A stretch of DNA of 64,000 nt from Thermoplasmatota archaeon (GTDB lineage Archaea; Thermoplasmatota; JAKEGO01), in the NCBI GenBank assembly GCA_028279595.1, contig JANQNK010000020.1, positions 1 to 64,000 of the forward strand, in the 5' to 3' direction. Below the pieces are notes generated by a model. That model did not search any database. It had not been told where the DNA came from and worked only from the letters and a program-made list of their open reading frames with translations. Within the stretch, counting starts at the first letter, position 1. Each line of letters opens with the position of its first letter. Shown in pieces: positions 38,085 to 46,593 of this stretch. Position numbers and translations under genes: made by a program.

Positions 38085-38177
38085 TTTCGACATCCGACGA
38101 ATTAAACGACAATTCTAATATACCCAATCGACCATATTTCGACACCGGACCAGCCATGGGCATCGGTCCGGCATGAG

Positions 38178-39128
38178 GTGATGATAATGGCGAACGAAGG
38201 TTACGGCAAGGTTATCCTGTTCAACGAGCATTTCGTCGTCTACGGGATCCCGGCCATCGCATCGGCGGTGGACAGGAGCACGACCGCGACGGTGGAACCC
38301 TGCATGACGTCATGCGGGGGAGAGTTCATTCCGGGTGTGTATCTCGAGGACCAGAGGCCCGAGACCCCGGGTTACAAGGAGAGCAAGATCGACCAGCAGC
38401 GTGATTCCATCAGGTACATGCTCGAGGCCATGGACCTGGACCCGACGCCGAAGCCGATAAAGGTGACGCTCGGCGGGGAGCTCATGTGCGCGAGCGGGAT
38501 AGGAGCCAGTGCGGCATCCTGCACAGCGATGGCCCGTGCGCTTTCCGATTTCTACAGCCTCGATCTCGACGACGACAGGATAAACGAGATCGCATACCAG
38601 GGCGAGAGGGGCTACCACGGCACGCCCTCCGGCATCGACAACACGGCCGCGACCTTCGGCGGGCTCATCTGGTTCCGCAAGGAACCGCCCACGATGGACA
38701 GGATGAAGATGCCCCAGCAGGTCGAGGTGGTCATGGGCAACACCGGAAAGGTGGCGGACACGACCGCAGCCGTGGCCGGCGTCCGCGAGAGGCGTGAGCA
38801 GAACCCGGAGAAGTACGGCGCACTGTTCGACGAGGCGTCCGAGATGGCAGCGACCGCCCGTGAAGCCCTCAACGCCGGCGACCTGGAGAAGGTCGGCAGG
38901 CTCATGGACGAGAACCACAGGCTCCTGCAGGAGATCGAGGTCTCGAGTCCCGAGCTGGACCTCCTGGTGGACGTGGCTCGGGCCAACGGCGCCCTCGGCG
39001 CCAAGATGACCGGAGGCGGGCTCGGCGGAAACATGGTCGCCCTGACCCCGGGGAAAGAGCTCCAGGAGAAGGTCGCGAAGGCGATCGAAGCCGAGGGTTA
39101 CGCCGCACTCAGGACCAGGATCGGATGA
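38178..39128 (+). CDS. mvk: Mevalonate kinase
   Basis: GKVILFNEHFVVYG, GIGASAA, HGTPSGIDN, GAKMTGGGLGG (GHMP kinase motifs). Confidence 0.95.
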   Translation: MMIMANEGYGKVILFNEHFVVYGIPAIASAVDRSTTATVEPCMTSCGGEFIPGVYLEDQRPETPGYKESKIDQQRDSIRYMLEAMDLDPTPKPIKVTLGGELMCASGIGASAASCTAMARALSDFYSLDLDDDRINEIAYQGERGYHGTPSGIDNTAATFGGLIWFRKEPPTMDRMKMPQQVEVVMGNTGKVADTTAAVAGVRERREQNPEKYGALFDEASEMAATAREALNAGDLEKVGRLMDENHRLLQEIEVSSPELDLLVDVARANGALGAKMTGGGLGGNMVALTPGKELQEKVAKAIEAEGYAALRTRIG

Positions 39129-39139
39129 GGTGATCGGAT

Positions 39140-40450
39140 ATGAAGCTTAGACCGTTTCTTGAGAGGTTGGAGGAGAAAGGTGAATTGCTACGCGTGACCC
39201 GGGAGGTCGACGCGGAATACGAGATCGCCAACGTACTGAACTCGCTCGGCGAGAGGCCGACGATATTCGAGAACGTGAAGGGTTACGACATGCCGGTCTT
39301 CGGCGGGATCTGCGCCCATCGCGACTCGATTGGCGAGGGAATGAGTACGACCAAGGAGGGTATACTCGGCAAGCTCGTCGACGCCCTGCGGAACCCCGTC
39401 GAACCCGAGATGGTCACCGACGCTCCATGTCAGGAAGTGACCATGGACCCGGTCGACGTCGGGAAACTGCCGATACTCACACATCTTCCCGGCGACGGCG
39501 GACGCTACATGAGCGCCTCCGTCTGCATACTCAAGGACCCCGAGTCCGGAAGGAACGTCTCCTATCACAGGATGATGCAGCACGGTCCGGACAGATTCAC
39601 TGCCAGATTGATCAAGAAGCGTCAGACGAGGACGACCTACGACAAGTCCGAAGAGGATATCGAGTTCGCCATCTGCCTCGGCAGTTCCATTCCAGTACTG
39701 ATAGCCGCCTCTCTCGGACCTCCGTCCGGTGTGGACGAGCTCTCCATTGCCAATGCGATCGCGCCGACCGAACTCGTCAAGTGCAAGACCAAGGACCTCG
39801 AGGTCCCGGCGGACACCGAGATCGTCATGGAGGGCCGTATCACACGCGATGTTGGAGCGGAAGGACCATTCGTCGACCTCACCGAGACCAGGGACTTCGA
39901 GAGGCAGGAGCCCTTCGTAGTCATCGACGCCATAACCCACAGGAAGGACGCCATGTACCAGTGCCTCCTGCCCGGAAGGCTGGAGCACAAGACCCTCATG
40001 GGGATGCCGAAGGAACCCACGATCTACGACGAGGTCTCCAAGGTGGCGGACTGCAAGAACGTCTATGTTAACATGGGCGGCGGTTCCTGGCTCCACTCCA
40101 TAGTCCAGATCAACAAGAAGACCGAGGACGATCCCAAGGCTGCCATCGAGGCCGCATTCAAGGGCCACGGCTCGATGAAGCACGTCTGGGTGGTCGACGA
40201 GGACGTCGACATCTACGACCCGGTCTCCGTCGAATGGGCGATGGCGACCCGCTTCCAGGCGAGCATCGACATGTACGTCTGGGAGAAGCAGCCGGGCAGT
40301 TCCCTGGATCCAAGCGGATTCCACGAACCGGGCAAGAAGACCCAGGTGGACAAGGTCGGGTTCGACTGCACCAAGAGGAGCGACATCGACCCGGCCAAGT
40401 TCGTCAAGGTCGAGTACGGGGAAGTCGACACCGATGATTACGTCAGGTGA
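39140..40450 (+). CDS. UbiD-family decarboxylase, probable anhydromevalonate phosphate decarboxylase
   Basis: NVSYHR, VPA..EIV.EG, EGPFVDLT, EHKTLMGMP.EP, GG.SWLH, VDEDVDI..P..VEWA.ATRFQ; lies between mvk and the aconitase X genes. Confidence 0.9.
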   Translation: MKLRPFLERLEEKGELLRVTREVDAEYEIANVLNSLGERPTIFENVKGYDMPVFGGICAHRDSIGEGMSTTKEGILGKLVDALRNPVEPEMVTDAPCQEVTMDPVDVGKLPILTHLPGDGGRYMSASVCILKDPESGRNVSYHRMMQHGPDRFTARLIKKRQTRTTYDKSEEDIEFAICLGSSIPVLIAASLGPPSGVDELSIANAIAPTELVKCKTKDLEVPADTEIVMEGRITRDVGAEGPFVDLTETRDFERQEPFVVIDAITHRKDAMYQCLLPGRLEHKTLMGMPKEPTIYDEVSKVADCKNVYVNMGGGSWLHSIVQINKKTEDDPKAAIEAAFKGHGSMKHVWVVDEDVDIYDPVSVEWAMATRFQASIDMYVWEKQPGSSLDPSGFHEPGKKTQVDKVGFDCTKRSDIDPAKFVKVEYGEVDTDDYVR

Positions 40451-40751
40451 GGGCCGAACGAGGGTCTGGCTCGAGGTGACCGAGGTCGGAGAGGACATCG
40501 TTATCACCTTAGGTGGTGGAGAGAGGTCTCACATCGGCGGAGTCGTTCTGAAGGTACCAGATGAAGAGGTCAGGACAATGCCCATCGGGACACACCGTGA
40601 CCTCGAGGTACTGATCCCCCTTGCAGAGGCTGCATACGAGAAGTACGGTAAGTCGATCGTCGTGGTCGGAGGGATCCATATCGATGACGCGACGAGGGAA
40701 GAGATCCTGGAGATAGTGGAGAACTGCAAGGACCTGGCATCCCAGCTCTGA
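40434..40751 (+). CDS. LpdD-like (PAC-fold) putative prenylated-FMN chaperone
   Basis: GED....L.GGE..HIG, HRD, V.GGIHIDDAT.EEI pattern; overlaps the ubiD 3' end. Confidence 0.7.
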   Translation: MITSGEGRTRVWLEVTEVGEDIVITLGGGERSHIGGVVLKVPDEEVRTMPIGTHRDLEVLIPLAEAAYEKYGKSIVVVGGIHIDDATREEILEIVENCKDLASQL

Positions 40752-40765
40752 TCTGAAGTGAGAAC

Positions 40766-41389
40766 ATGGAGACCATCATCCGGACGTTCGATGAGGGTGA
40801 CCTCGAAGAGGCATCCACCATAATGGCTGAATCGTTCGAGGCGAAGTTCACCAGGCTGGCCGACCTGTCGGTACCCGAGATCGCTGAACTTTCGGTCCAT
40901 CTCGGGATATCCTATCCGAGACCATTCCACGGGTACCTGGTCGCCCAGACGGGGGAGTCCGTTTCCGGCGTCATCGTGCTCAAATGGAAGGGGCAGGACA
41001 GACTGTCGATGCCCATGAGATGGCGAAAGGCCAGGAAGTTAGGGTTATGGAACGCGGTCAAGACACTATTCGGGATGATCCTGCTCGATACGTCCCCCAA
41101 GGCCGGGGAATGCTACATCGAGCATGTTGCCGTCTCGAGCGAGCACAGGGGCATGGGGATCGGGACGATGCTGATCGAGGAGGGTGAACGGATCGCCAGA
41201 CGGTCTGGTCTTCCCCTCTATTCACTGTATGTGGCCGAGTCCAATGAGGGAGCGGTAAGGCTCTATCAATCCTTGGGCTTTTCCATCGATAAAAGGGTCA
41301 AGAGTTGGCTCACGAAACGGATATTCGGAATTCCGGTCTGGTACAGGATGGTCAAGGCCCTCGATCAGGAGATAGACGATCGCCGATGA
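40766..41389 (+). CDS. GNAT-family N-acetyltransferase
   Basis: YIEHVAV..EHRGMGIG..L, LYV...N..AVRLY.SLGF. Confidence 0.9.
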   Translation: METIIRTFDEGDLEEASTIMAESFEAKFTRLADLSVPEIAELSVHLGISYPRPFHGYLVAQTGESVSGVIVLKWKGQDRLSMPMRWRKARKLGLWNAVKTLFGMILLDTSPKAGECYIEHVAVSSEHRGMGIGTMLIEEGERIARRSGLPLYSLYVAESNEGAVRLYQSLGFSIDKRVKSWLTKRIFGIPVWYRMVKALDQEIDDRR

Positions 41390-41408
41390 CCCAGTCGGCG
41401 ATTCACAA

Positions 41409-41417
41409 AATATATAA
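41409..41417 (+). promoter_or_regulatory. TATA box upstream of the PMDh-ubiX genes
   Basis: AATATATAA preceded by A-rich BRE-like bases, about 50 nt before ATG 41466. Confidence 0.5.
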
Positions 41418-41465
41418 CCATCCTGCGCCACTGACGGGATTACCGCTCAAATGGGGGATAGAAGC

Positions 41466-42650
41466 ATGTATCTTACCAATGAACAGGAGGCGATGCTGAA
41501 CGGAGAGGACGGACCGGTGCTGGAGCGCATGTTCCGGCTTCTCGTCCGTCTCGGGGACATCTACGGAGCAGAGAGAATGATCCCTGTCGGTTCCGTGCAG
41601 GTCGCCGGAGTGTCGTTCAAGTCGATCGGACTTCCGGGAACCGATTTCCTCGAGGACATCGCGTCGAAGGGGGAGAAGGTCAAGGTGTTGACCTACCTCA
41701 ATCCAGCGGGCATGGACATCGAGGACTGGAAGGAACTAGGGTTCCCGGAGGAGTTCGCACAGAACCAGATGAGGATCATGGATGCGTTCCGCGAGATGGG
41801 CATCGTGGTCACGTCGACGTGCACGCCCTACCTGGCAGGGAACCTGCCCAGGTTCAGGGAGCATATCGCATGGTCCGAATCCTCGGCAGTGTCGTTCTCG
41901 AACTCTGTGATAGGTGCCCGGACGAACAGGGAGGGCGGTCCGTCCGCCCTCGCTGCAGCGCTTTGCGGGGTGACACCGGATTACGGGCTGCACAGGGACG
42001 AGAACAGGGCTCCGACAGTGGTGATCGACCTCGAGGCCGAACTGAAGTCGAATGCGAACTTCGGCGCCCTCGGATACCACGTCGGCAAGCTGGTCAAGAA
42101 CAAGATCCCCTACTTCAGGGGCATGGAGAACGCGAACACCGACCAGCTCAAGGCCCTAGGCGCGGCGATGGCAGCTTCGGGCGCGGTCGCCCTCTACTAC
42201 GTGGAGGACCTGACCCCCGAGGCGAACCAGCAGGACATCTCTGGATTGGAGACCTTCTCGGTGACGGATTCCGAGATCAAGGAGACCTATGCGACCCTGA
42301 GGACCGGGGAGGAGCCGGACATCGTGTTCCTCGGCTGCCCCCACGCTTCCCTAAGGGAGATCGCCGATGTTGCCGCACAGGTCGAGGGTAAGACCCTTAG
42401 AAAGCCTGTCTGGATAGCGACATCCCGCGTCATGAAGGAGGCTGCTATCAGGATGGGCTTCGACAAGACCATCGAGGCTGCTGGCGGAAGGATCGTCGCC
42501 GATACGTGCATGGTCGTCTCGCCCCTCGAGCAGATGGGCTACGGGACCACCGCTGTCAACTCCGGAAAGGCAGCGAACTACCTTCCTGGATTCTGCAAGC
42601 AGAAGGTCGTGTTCGCGGACATCGCGGACCTCGTCATGGAGGTGGAATGA
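41466..42650 (+). CDS. Phosphomevalonate dehydratase large subunit (aconitase X catalytic, DUF521)
   Basis: MYLT.E.E.ML.GE.G, TCTPY, AWSESSAV.F.NSV.GARTNREGG, GCPHAS, DTCMVV, NSGKAA.YLP. Confidence 0.93.
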   Translation: MYLTNEQEAMLNGEDGPVLERMFRLLVRLGDIYGAERMIPVGSVQVAGVSFKSIGLPGTDFLEDIASKGEKVKVLTYLNPAGMDIEDWKELGFPEEFAQNQMRIMDAFREMGIVVTSTCTPYLAGNLPRFREHIAWSESSAVSFSNSVIGARTNREGGPSALAAALCGVTPDYGLHRDENRAPTVVIDLEAELKSNANFGALGYHVGKLVKNKIPYFRGMENANTDQLKALGAAMAASGAVALYYVEDLTPEANQQDISGLETFSVTDSEIKETYATLRTGEEPDIVFLGCPHASLREIADVAAQVEGKTLRKPVWIATSRVMKEAAIRMGFDKTIEAAGGRIVADTCMVVSPLEQMGYGTTAVNSGKAANYLPGFCKQKVVFADIADLVMEVE

Positions 42651-43033
42651 TGGAAGGAAGGAGCATCAGTCCGGGCAAGGCCGAGGGAGAGGCCATCGTC
42701 TCGACCGAGCCGATCGGGTTCTACGGAGGAATCGACGCCCAGACCGGGATAGTCATAGAGCAGGGACATCCCCTCGAGGGCGAGAGCGTCACCGGAAAGG
42801 TCCTGGTATTCCCGAACGGAAAGGGCTCGACGGTCGGGTCCTACGTCATCTACGGACTCGAGAAGAACGGTGTTGGTCCCGTGGCTATCGTCAACCAGGA
42901 GACCGAGACCATCGTCGCCACAGGTGCGATCCTCGCTGGTGTGCCATGCGTGGACGGCATCGACATCTCGACCATCAATACAGGCGACAAGCTTATTGTA
43001 GACGCCGACAACGGGACCGTCGAGGTCGCATGA
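42647..43033 (+). CDS. Phosphomevalonate dehydratase small subunit (aconitase X swivel, DUF126)
   Basis: G.AEGEA.VS..PI.FYGG.D..TG, HPL.G.S, GKGSTVGSY; ATGA coupling. Confidence 0.93.
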   Translation: MMEGRSISPGKAEGEAIVSTEPIGFYGGIDAQTGIVIEQGHPLEGESVTGKVLVFPNGKGSTVGSYVIYGLEKNGVGPVAIVNQETETIVATGAILAGVPCVDGIDISTINTGDKLIVDADNGTVEVA

Positions 43034-43587
43034 AGGACAGGATAATCGTCGGGATATCGGGCGCTTCCGCCCAGATGCTGGCCGTAGAGACTCTGAAGGC
43101 CTTGAAGGACACAGGCATCGAGATTCACCTCATCGCCACTGACACCGCGAAGGACATCATCGAGAAGGAGACGGAGTACTCCTGGGACTTCGTGGCCGAC
43201 CTGGCCGACGTCGTCCATTCCGACGATGATATGTTCGCATCGGTCGCCTCCGGTTCTTACCGGACCCTTGGAATGATAGTCGTCCCATGCAGCATGGCGA
43301 CCCTTGCTGAGATTGCGAACGGATTGGCGACCACACTTCTGACGAGAGCCGCGGACGTGACCCTGAAGGAGAGAAGGAAGTTAGTCCTCGTGACCAGGGA
43401 GACGCCGTTGAGCTACATCCATATCAAGAACATGTCGACCGTGACGAAGGCCGGCGGAGTGATCCTCCCGCCCATGTTCACCATGTACTCGAAACCGGGT
43501 TCGATAGAGGACATGGCCCGTCACATAGTCGGCAAGGTGCTGGACCAGTTCGACCTAGAACACGATCTCTACAGGCGATGGGAATGA
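43030..43587 (+). CDS. ubiX: UbiX-family flavin prenyltransferase
   Basis: GISGAS, ASGS, PCSM.TLA.IA.G, RAADVTLKERRKLVL..RETP. Confidence 0.95.
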   Translation: MKDRIIVGISGASAQMLAVETLKALKDTGIEIHLIATDTAKDIIEKETEYSWDFVADLADVVHSDDDMFASVASGSYRTLGMIVVPCSMATLAEIANGLATTLLTRAADVTLKERRKLVLVTRETPLSYIHIKNMSTVTKAGGVILPPMFTMYSKPGSIEDMARHIVGKVLDQFDLEHDLYRRWE

Positions 43588-43898
43588 CCATCGAGATGAA
43601 CAGCAGCAGTCTGGAAGCACGCGTCATCAAATTGATCAGAGAGAAGTACCCGATAACGATGAAGCAGATGGCCAAGGAGCTTCACGTCTCGGACATGAAG
43701 GTCCGACGGGTGATCGGTCGACTCGCCCTTAGAGGGATCGTCGAGAAGGAGGTCCTTCCCGATGCGACCTACGTCCGATTGATCAGACACGATATCAAGT
43801 TCGTCGGACGGAAGGCGGACCAGATCCGTCCCATCAAGCACACCAGCACCAGGAGGGTCGTCGAGGAGCCTGAAGAGAACCAGAACATCTACCAATAG
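43584..43898 (+). CDS. Winged-helix DNA-binding protein
   Basis: I...YPIT..Q.AKEL..S...VRR.I.RL...GIV; ATGA overlap with ubiX. Confidence 0.7.
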   Translation: MTIEMNSSSLEARVIKLIREKYPITMKQMAKELHVSDMKVRRVIGRLALRGIVEKEVLPDATYVRLIRHDIKFVGRKADQIRPIKHTSTRRVVEEPEENQNIYQ

Positions 43899-43899
43899 A

Positions 43900-44232
43900 T
43901 CATTTTAAGAAACAAGGACAATCCTTTGACCTCAGGATAACGATCTGTTCATCTGGGGTATTGACATAATCCTCCTGCCTTTCGCTCCCCGTTGCCAACG
44001 CTTGTTCTAGCGGGCTCAGATGCCGATATCCCCTCAGTTCCATCTCCCTAACAAGGTCCTCATGGCGTAGATACAATGCTCTTTCCTTGCCCACCCATCT
44101 GAGGGTCTCTGGATGGTTCCTGTACCCCGTCCTTCCCTTGGTCAGGATCGACCAGATCGCATGGACCTCCCTGTGCTCTCCGAGAAGGTGCTGTCTGCAC
44201 AGGTGAGCCGGTTCGATGTCCCATACCCTCAT
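43900..44232 (-). CDS. Pyrimidine-dimer DNA glycosylase / T4 endonuclease V-like protein
   Basis: MRVWDI.P..LCRQHLLGEHRE.H, Y..HP...RW, RH..LV.EM..RGY.H. Confidence 0.8.
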   Translation of the reverse strand: MRVWDIEPAHLCRQHLLGEHREVHAIWSILTKGRTGYRNHPETLRWVGKERALYLRHEDLVREMELRGYRHLSPLEQALATGSERQEDYVNTPDEQIVILRSKDCPCFLK

Positions 44233-44318
44233 CGATCCCTCTGTCCGTGGAGCAATGATAAATACATTCCCTAAGACGGGGACCAACGATTAAGTATCCA
44301 CCAACCATACCTGGGTCG

Positions 44319-44957
44319 ATGCAAAGGACCATCAAGAAGGATTGGACCAGGAAGGAGCTCGACAACTACATTAAAGACATGAAGACGACCACCCTGGCGG
44401 CGAACATCACCGTCGAGGGTACCCATAGGGTACTTGACCTGAGTGAGATCGAGGAGATCCTTCGAGGTGCCGAGATCCTTGCCCAGCAGGACTGCTATTG
44501 CCGCGAGAAGATGGGCAACTGCAAGGAGCCCATGGACGGCTGCATCAACATCAACGAGGAAGCCAGGGACATGATCGACAAGGACAAGGGCCGGGAGGTG
44601 TCGGTGGAGGAGGCCCTCGAAGCGTTCGTCCGTACCTATGACGCAGGTTTCGTCTACATGGCGTACGAGTTCGAGAACCAGGACGGGATCGCTGTCATCT
44701 GTTCATGCTGTACCTGCTGCTGTCATTCTCTCTCTGCCGCCCTGAGGTTCGGTTACAGGGACCACGTGTTCAAGTCGAATCTCATCGCCCGTCAGGACAT
44801 CGATAAATGCAATGACTGCGGTCACTGCGTGGAGAGATGTCAGTTCGACGCCCGGGAGATGGTCGAGGGCACGCTGATCTACAACGAGCAGATGTGTTTC
44901 GGCTGCGGTCTGTGCATGACCTGTCCGCAGGACGCCATCACGATGGTCGAGCGCTAG
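44319..44957 (+). CDS. 4Fe-4S ferredoxin-domain protein
   Basis: CYCR, ICSCCTCCC, CNDCGHCVERC and CFGCGLC..CP motifs. Confidence 0.88.
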   Translation: MQRTIKKDWTRKELDNYIKDMKTTTLAANITVEGTHRVLDLSEIEEILRGAEILAQQDCYCREKMGNCKEPMDGCININEEARDMIDKDKGREVSVEEALEAFVRTYDAGFVYMAYEFENQDGIAVICSCCTCCCHSLSAALRFGYRDHVFKSNLIARQDIDKCNDCGHCVERCQFDAREMVEGTLIYNEQMCFGCGLCMTCPQDAITMVER

Positions 44958-44962
44958 AGTTC

Positions 44963-46402
44963 TCAGAGAAGTACTGTAAGTCCGTACGCCAACGCTGCCG
45001 TCGGAGCCGAGGCCAGAATTACCGCGATGCCGAGATGCTCAAGCTTCTTGATCCTGGACAGCGAGACGCCGTGAGCGATTATCGCCACGGCGACGAAGGC
45101 CTCGACGAGGGCGGCCGTGGGGAGCTCATGCATGTAAAGAGTGACAGAAAGGACCCCCATGGATGCACCGATCGAGAGCAGGGCCGCACCGTAGAGGATC
45201 CTCCTGATCGGCCAGTTCGAGCGGCTCATGATGATGAGGACAATGCCGACACCGGCGATCAGGAAGGCCACCGGGATGACCCTGGGGTCATCAATGTCGC
45301 TGAGAGCGTAGTAGGGAACGAATATGATAGAGTAGATCCCGGCACCGAGGGAGATCCCCCTCAGTCCTGGGATTCCTATCCCCCAACCCTTCCCGCTTAG
45401 GAGAACCGTCATCACACCGAGGACGAGCCATGCCTCGACGTGCCCTTGCTCCTGACCGGATGCGGGTATCATCGAGGCGATGCCCTGCAGTACGAGCATC
45501 GTCCCCGCGACGGACATCATCATCTCCCTGCTCCTCCTCTCCGGTAGGGCTTTGTAGAAGACGAACAGAGAGAACGCCATCAACGGGACCATTGGGGTGT
45601 CCGGATGCGAGAATCCCCTGATCAGATAAGATAGGTGGACCAACACGATCGCTGCTACAGCCATCGGCATCCATGTGATGCCAGCCCGTCTGCCGAGCTC
45701 CATCGTTCCCGATAGGAACATCAGTCCTGGAATGTAGGCCATGAGAAGTACCAGGGTGTTGTCGACGAGAATGAAGGTTGCGAGGAGCAGTGCGATCCCT
45801 GCCGGCAGGGTGACGGAGATCAATCCCTTCAGGATCTCCTCCTTCTGCGCAGCGATGTCACGCCAATCCATCCTATCACCGTAACCGGACGGTGGAGGTA
45901 CATCCCGGTGAGCATCATCCTCTGGAACTGACTCATCGTTCTCACTGGTATTTTCCTCATCATCGGGGAAATCCGGCTCCGGAGGAGGTACAGGTCGTCC
46001 GATGTCCTCACCGAGTTCCGATAGTTTGATGACCTGCAGGGGGCTGAAACCCGAGTTGACAGCGAAGGAGAACGGCACCTCCGCGCCATCGACAAAGACG
46101 GTGCAGGGGTCCAGGCCGTTCCTCAATTTGGTCGATTCCGACAGTCCGTCGGGTGTCAGGATATAGGACTTCTGGCTCCGGGCCTTGCCACGGATGCGCG
46201 AGAGCGTTACCTCCACGTGTCCCTTGTCGACCATCTTCGAGAGAACGATGGCCACGTAACCTCGCTTGATCGACGTCGCCTCGGCGATGCCGGACTGGGT
46301 GACCTCGGGCGGCCTCTCGTAGTCATCGGCGGACCGTATCCAATCCGAGAGGTGGAGGAGTATCTTCTCCTCGGCCGTCAGTCTCGGCAGTGACATCGGC
46401 AT
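44963..46402 (-). CDS. Membrane protein with N-terminal winged-helix (MarR-like) domain and multi-TM C-terminus
   Basis: EKILLHL...TQSGIAEA..I.R..V...L..MV.KG.V...Y.LT..G, then about 9-10 hydrophobic segments; TATATAA box at 46422-46428. Confidence 0.75.
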   Translation of the reverse strand: MPMSLPRLTAEEKILLHLSDWIRSADDYERPPEVTQSGIAEATSIKRGYVAIVLSKMVDKGHVEVTLSRIRGKARSQKSYILTPDGLSESTKLRNGLDPCTVFVDGAEVPFSFAVNSGFSPLQVIKLSELGEDIGRPVPPPEPDFPDDEENTSENDESVPEDDAHRDVPPPSGYGDRMDWRDIAAQKEEILKGLISVTLPAGIALLLATFILVDNTLVLLMAYIPGLMFLSGTMELGRRAGITWMPMAVAAIVLVHLSYLIRGFSHPDTPMVPLMAFSLFVFYKALPERRSREMMMSVAGTMLVLQGIASMIPASGQEQGHVEAWLVLGVMTVLLSGKGWGIGIPGLRGISLGAGIYSIIFVPYYALSDIDDPRVIPVAFLIAGVGIVLIIMSRSNWPIRRILYGAALLSIGASMGVLSVTLYMHELPTAALVEAFVAVAIIAHGVSLSRIKKLEHLGIAVILASAPTAALAYGLTVLL

Positions 46403-46593
46403 GTGGTAGCCCGTCAGGTCGTTATATACCTTATCGAAATCCCTTCCACGTCCTTCCCCGGAATATCTGGCCCGGGCTGAGAACCCTTCCGGTATCGTAC
46501 CGCTATGTCCGTGCAACTGCCCGTTGCGGTCCATCGTGGTCCCAGCTCTTTCCATGCCGAGAACGGCCGTTCCCGACATCCTTGATCACTTTC

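Noticed and set aside
46470-46550. GGGCTGAGAACCCTT resembling part of a TPP riboswitch
   Set aside because: Lacks the CCUGAU..AGCG.AGGGA half and there is no thiamine gene downstream.
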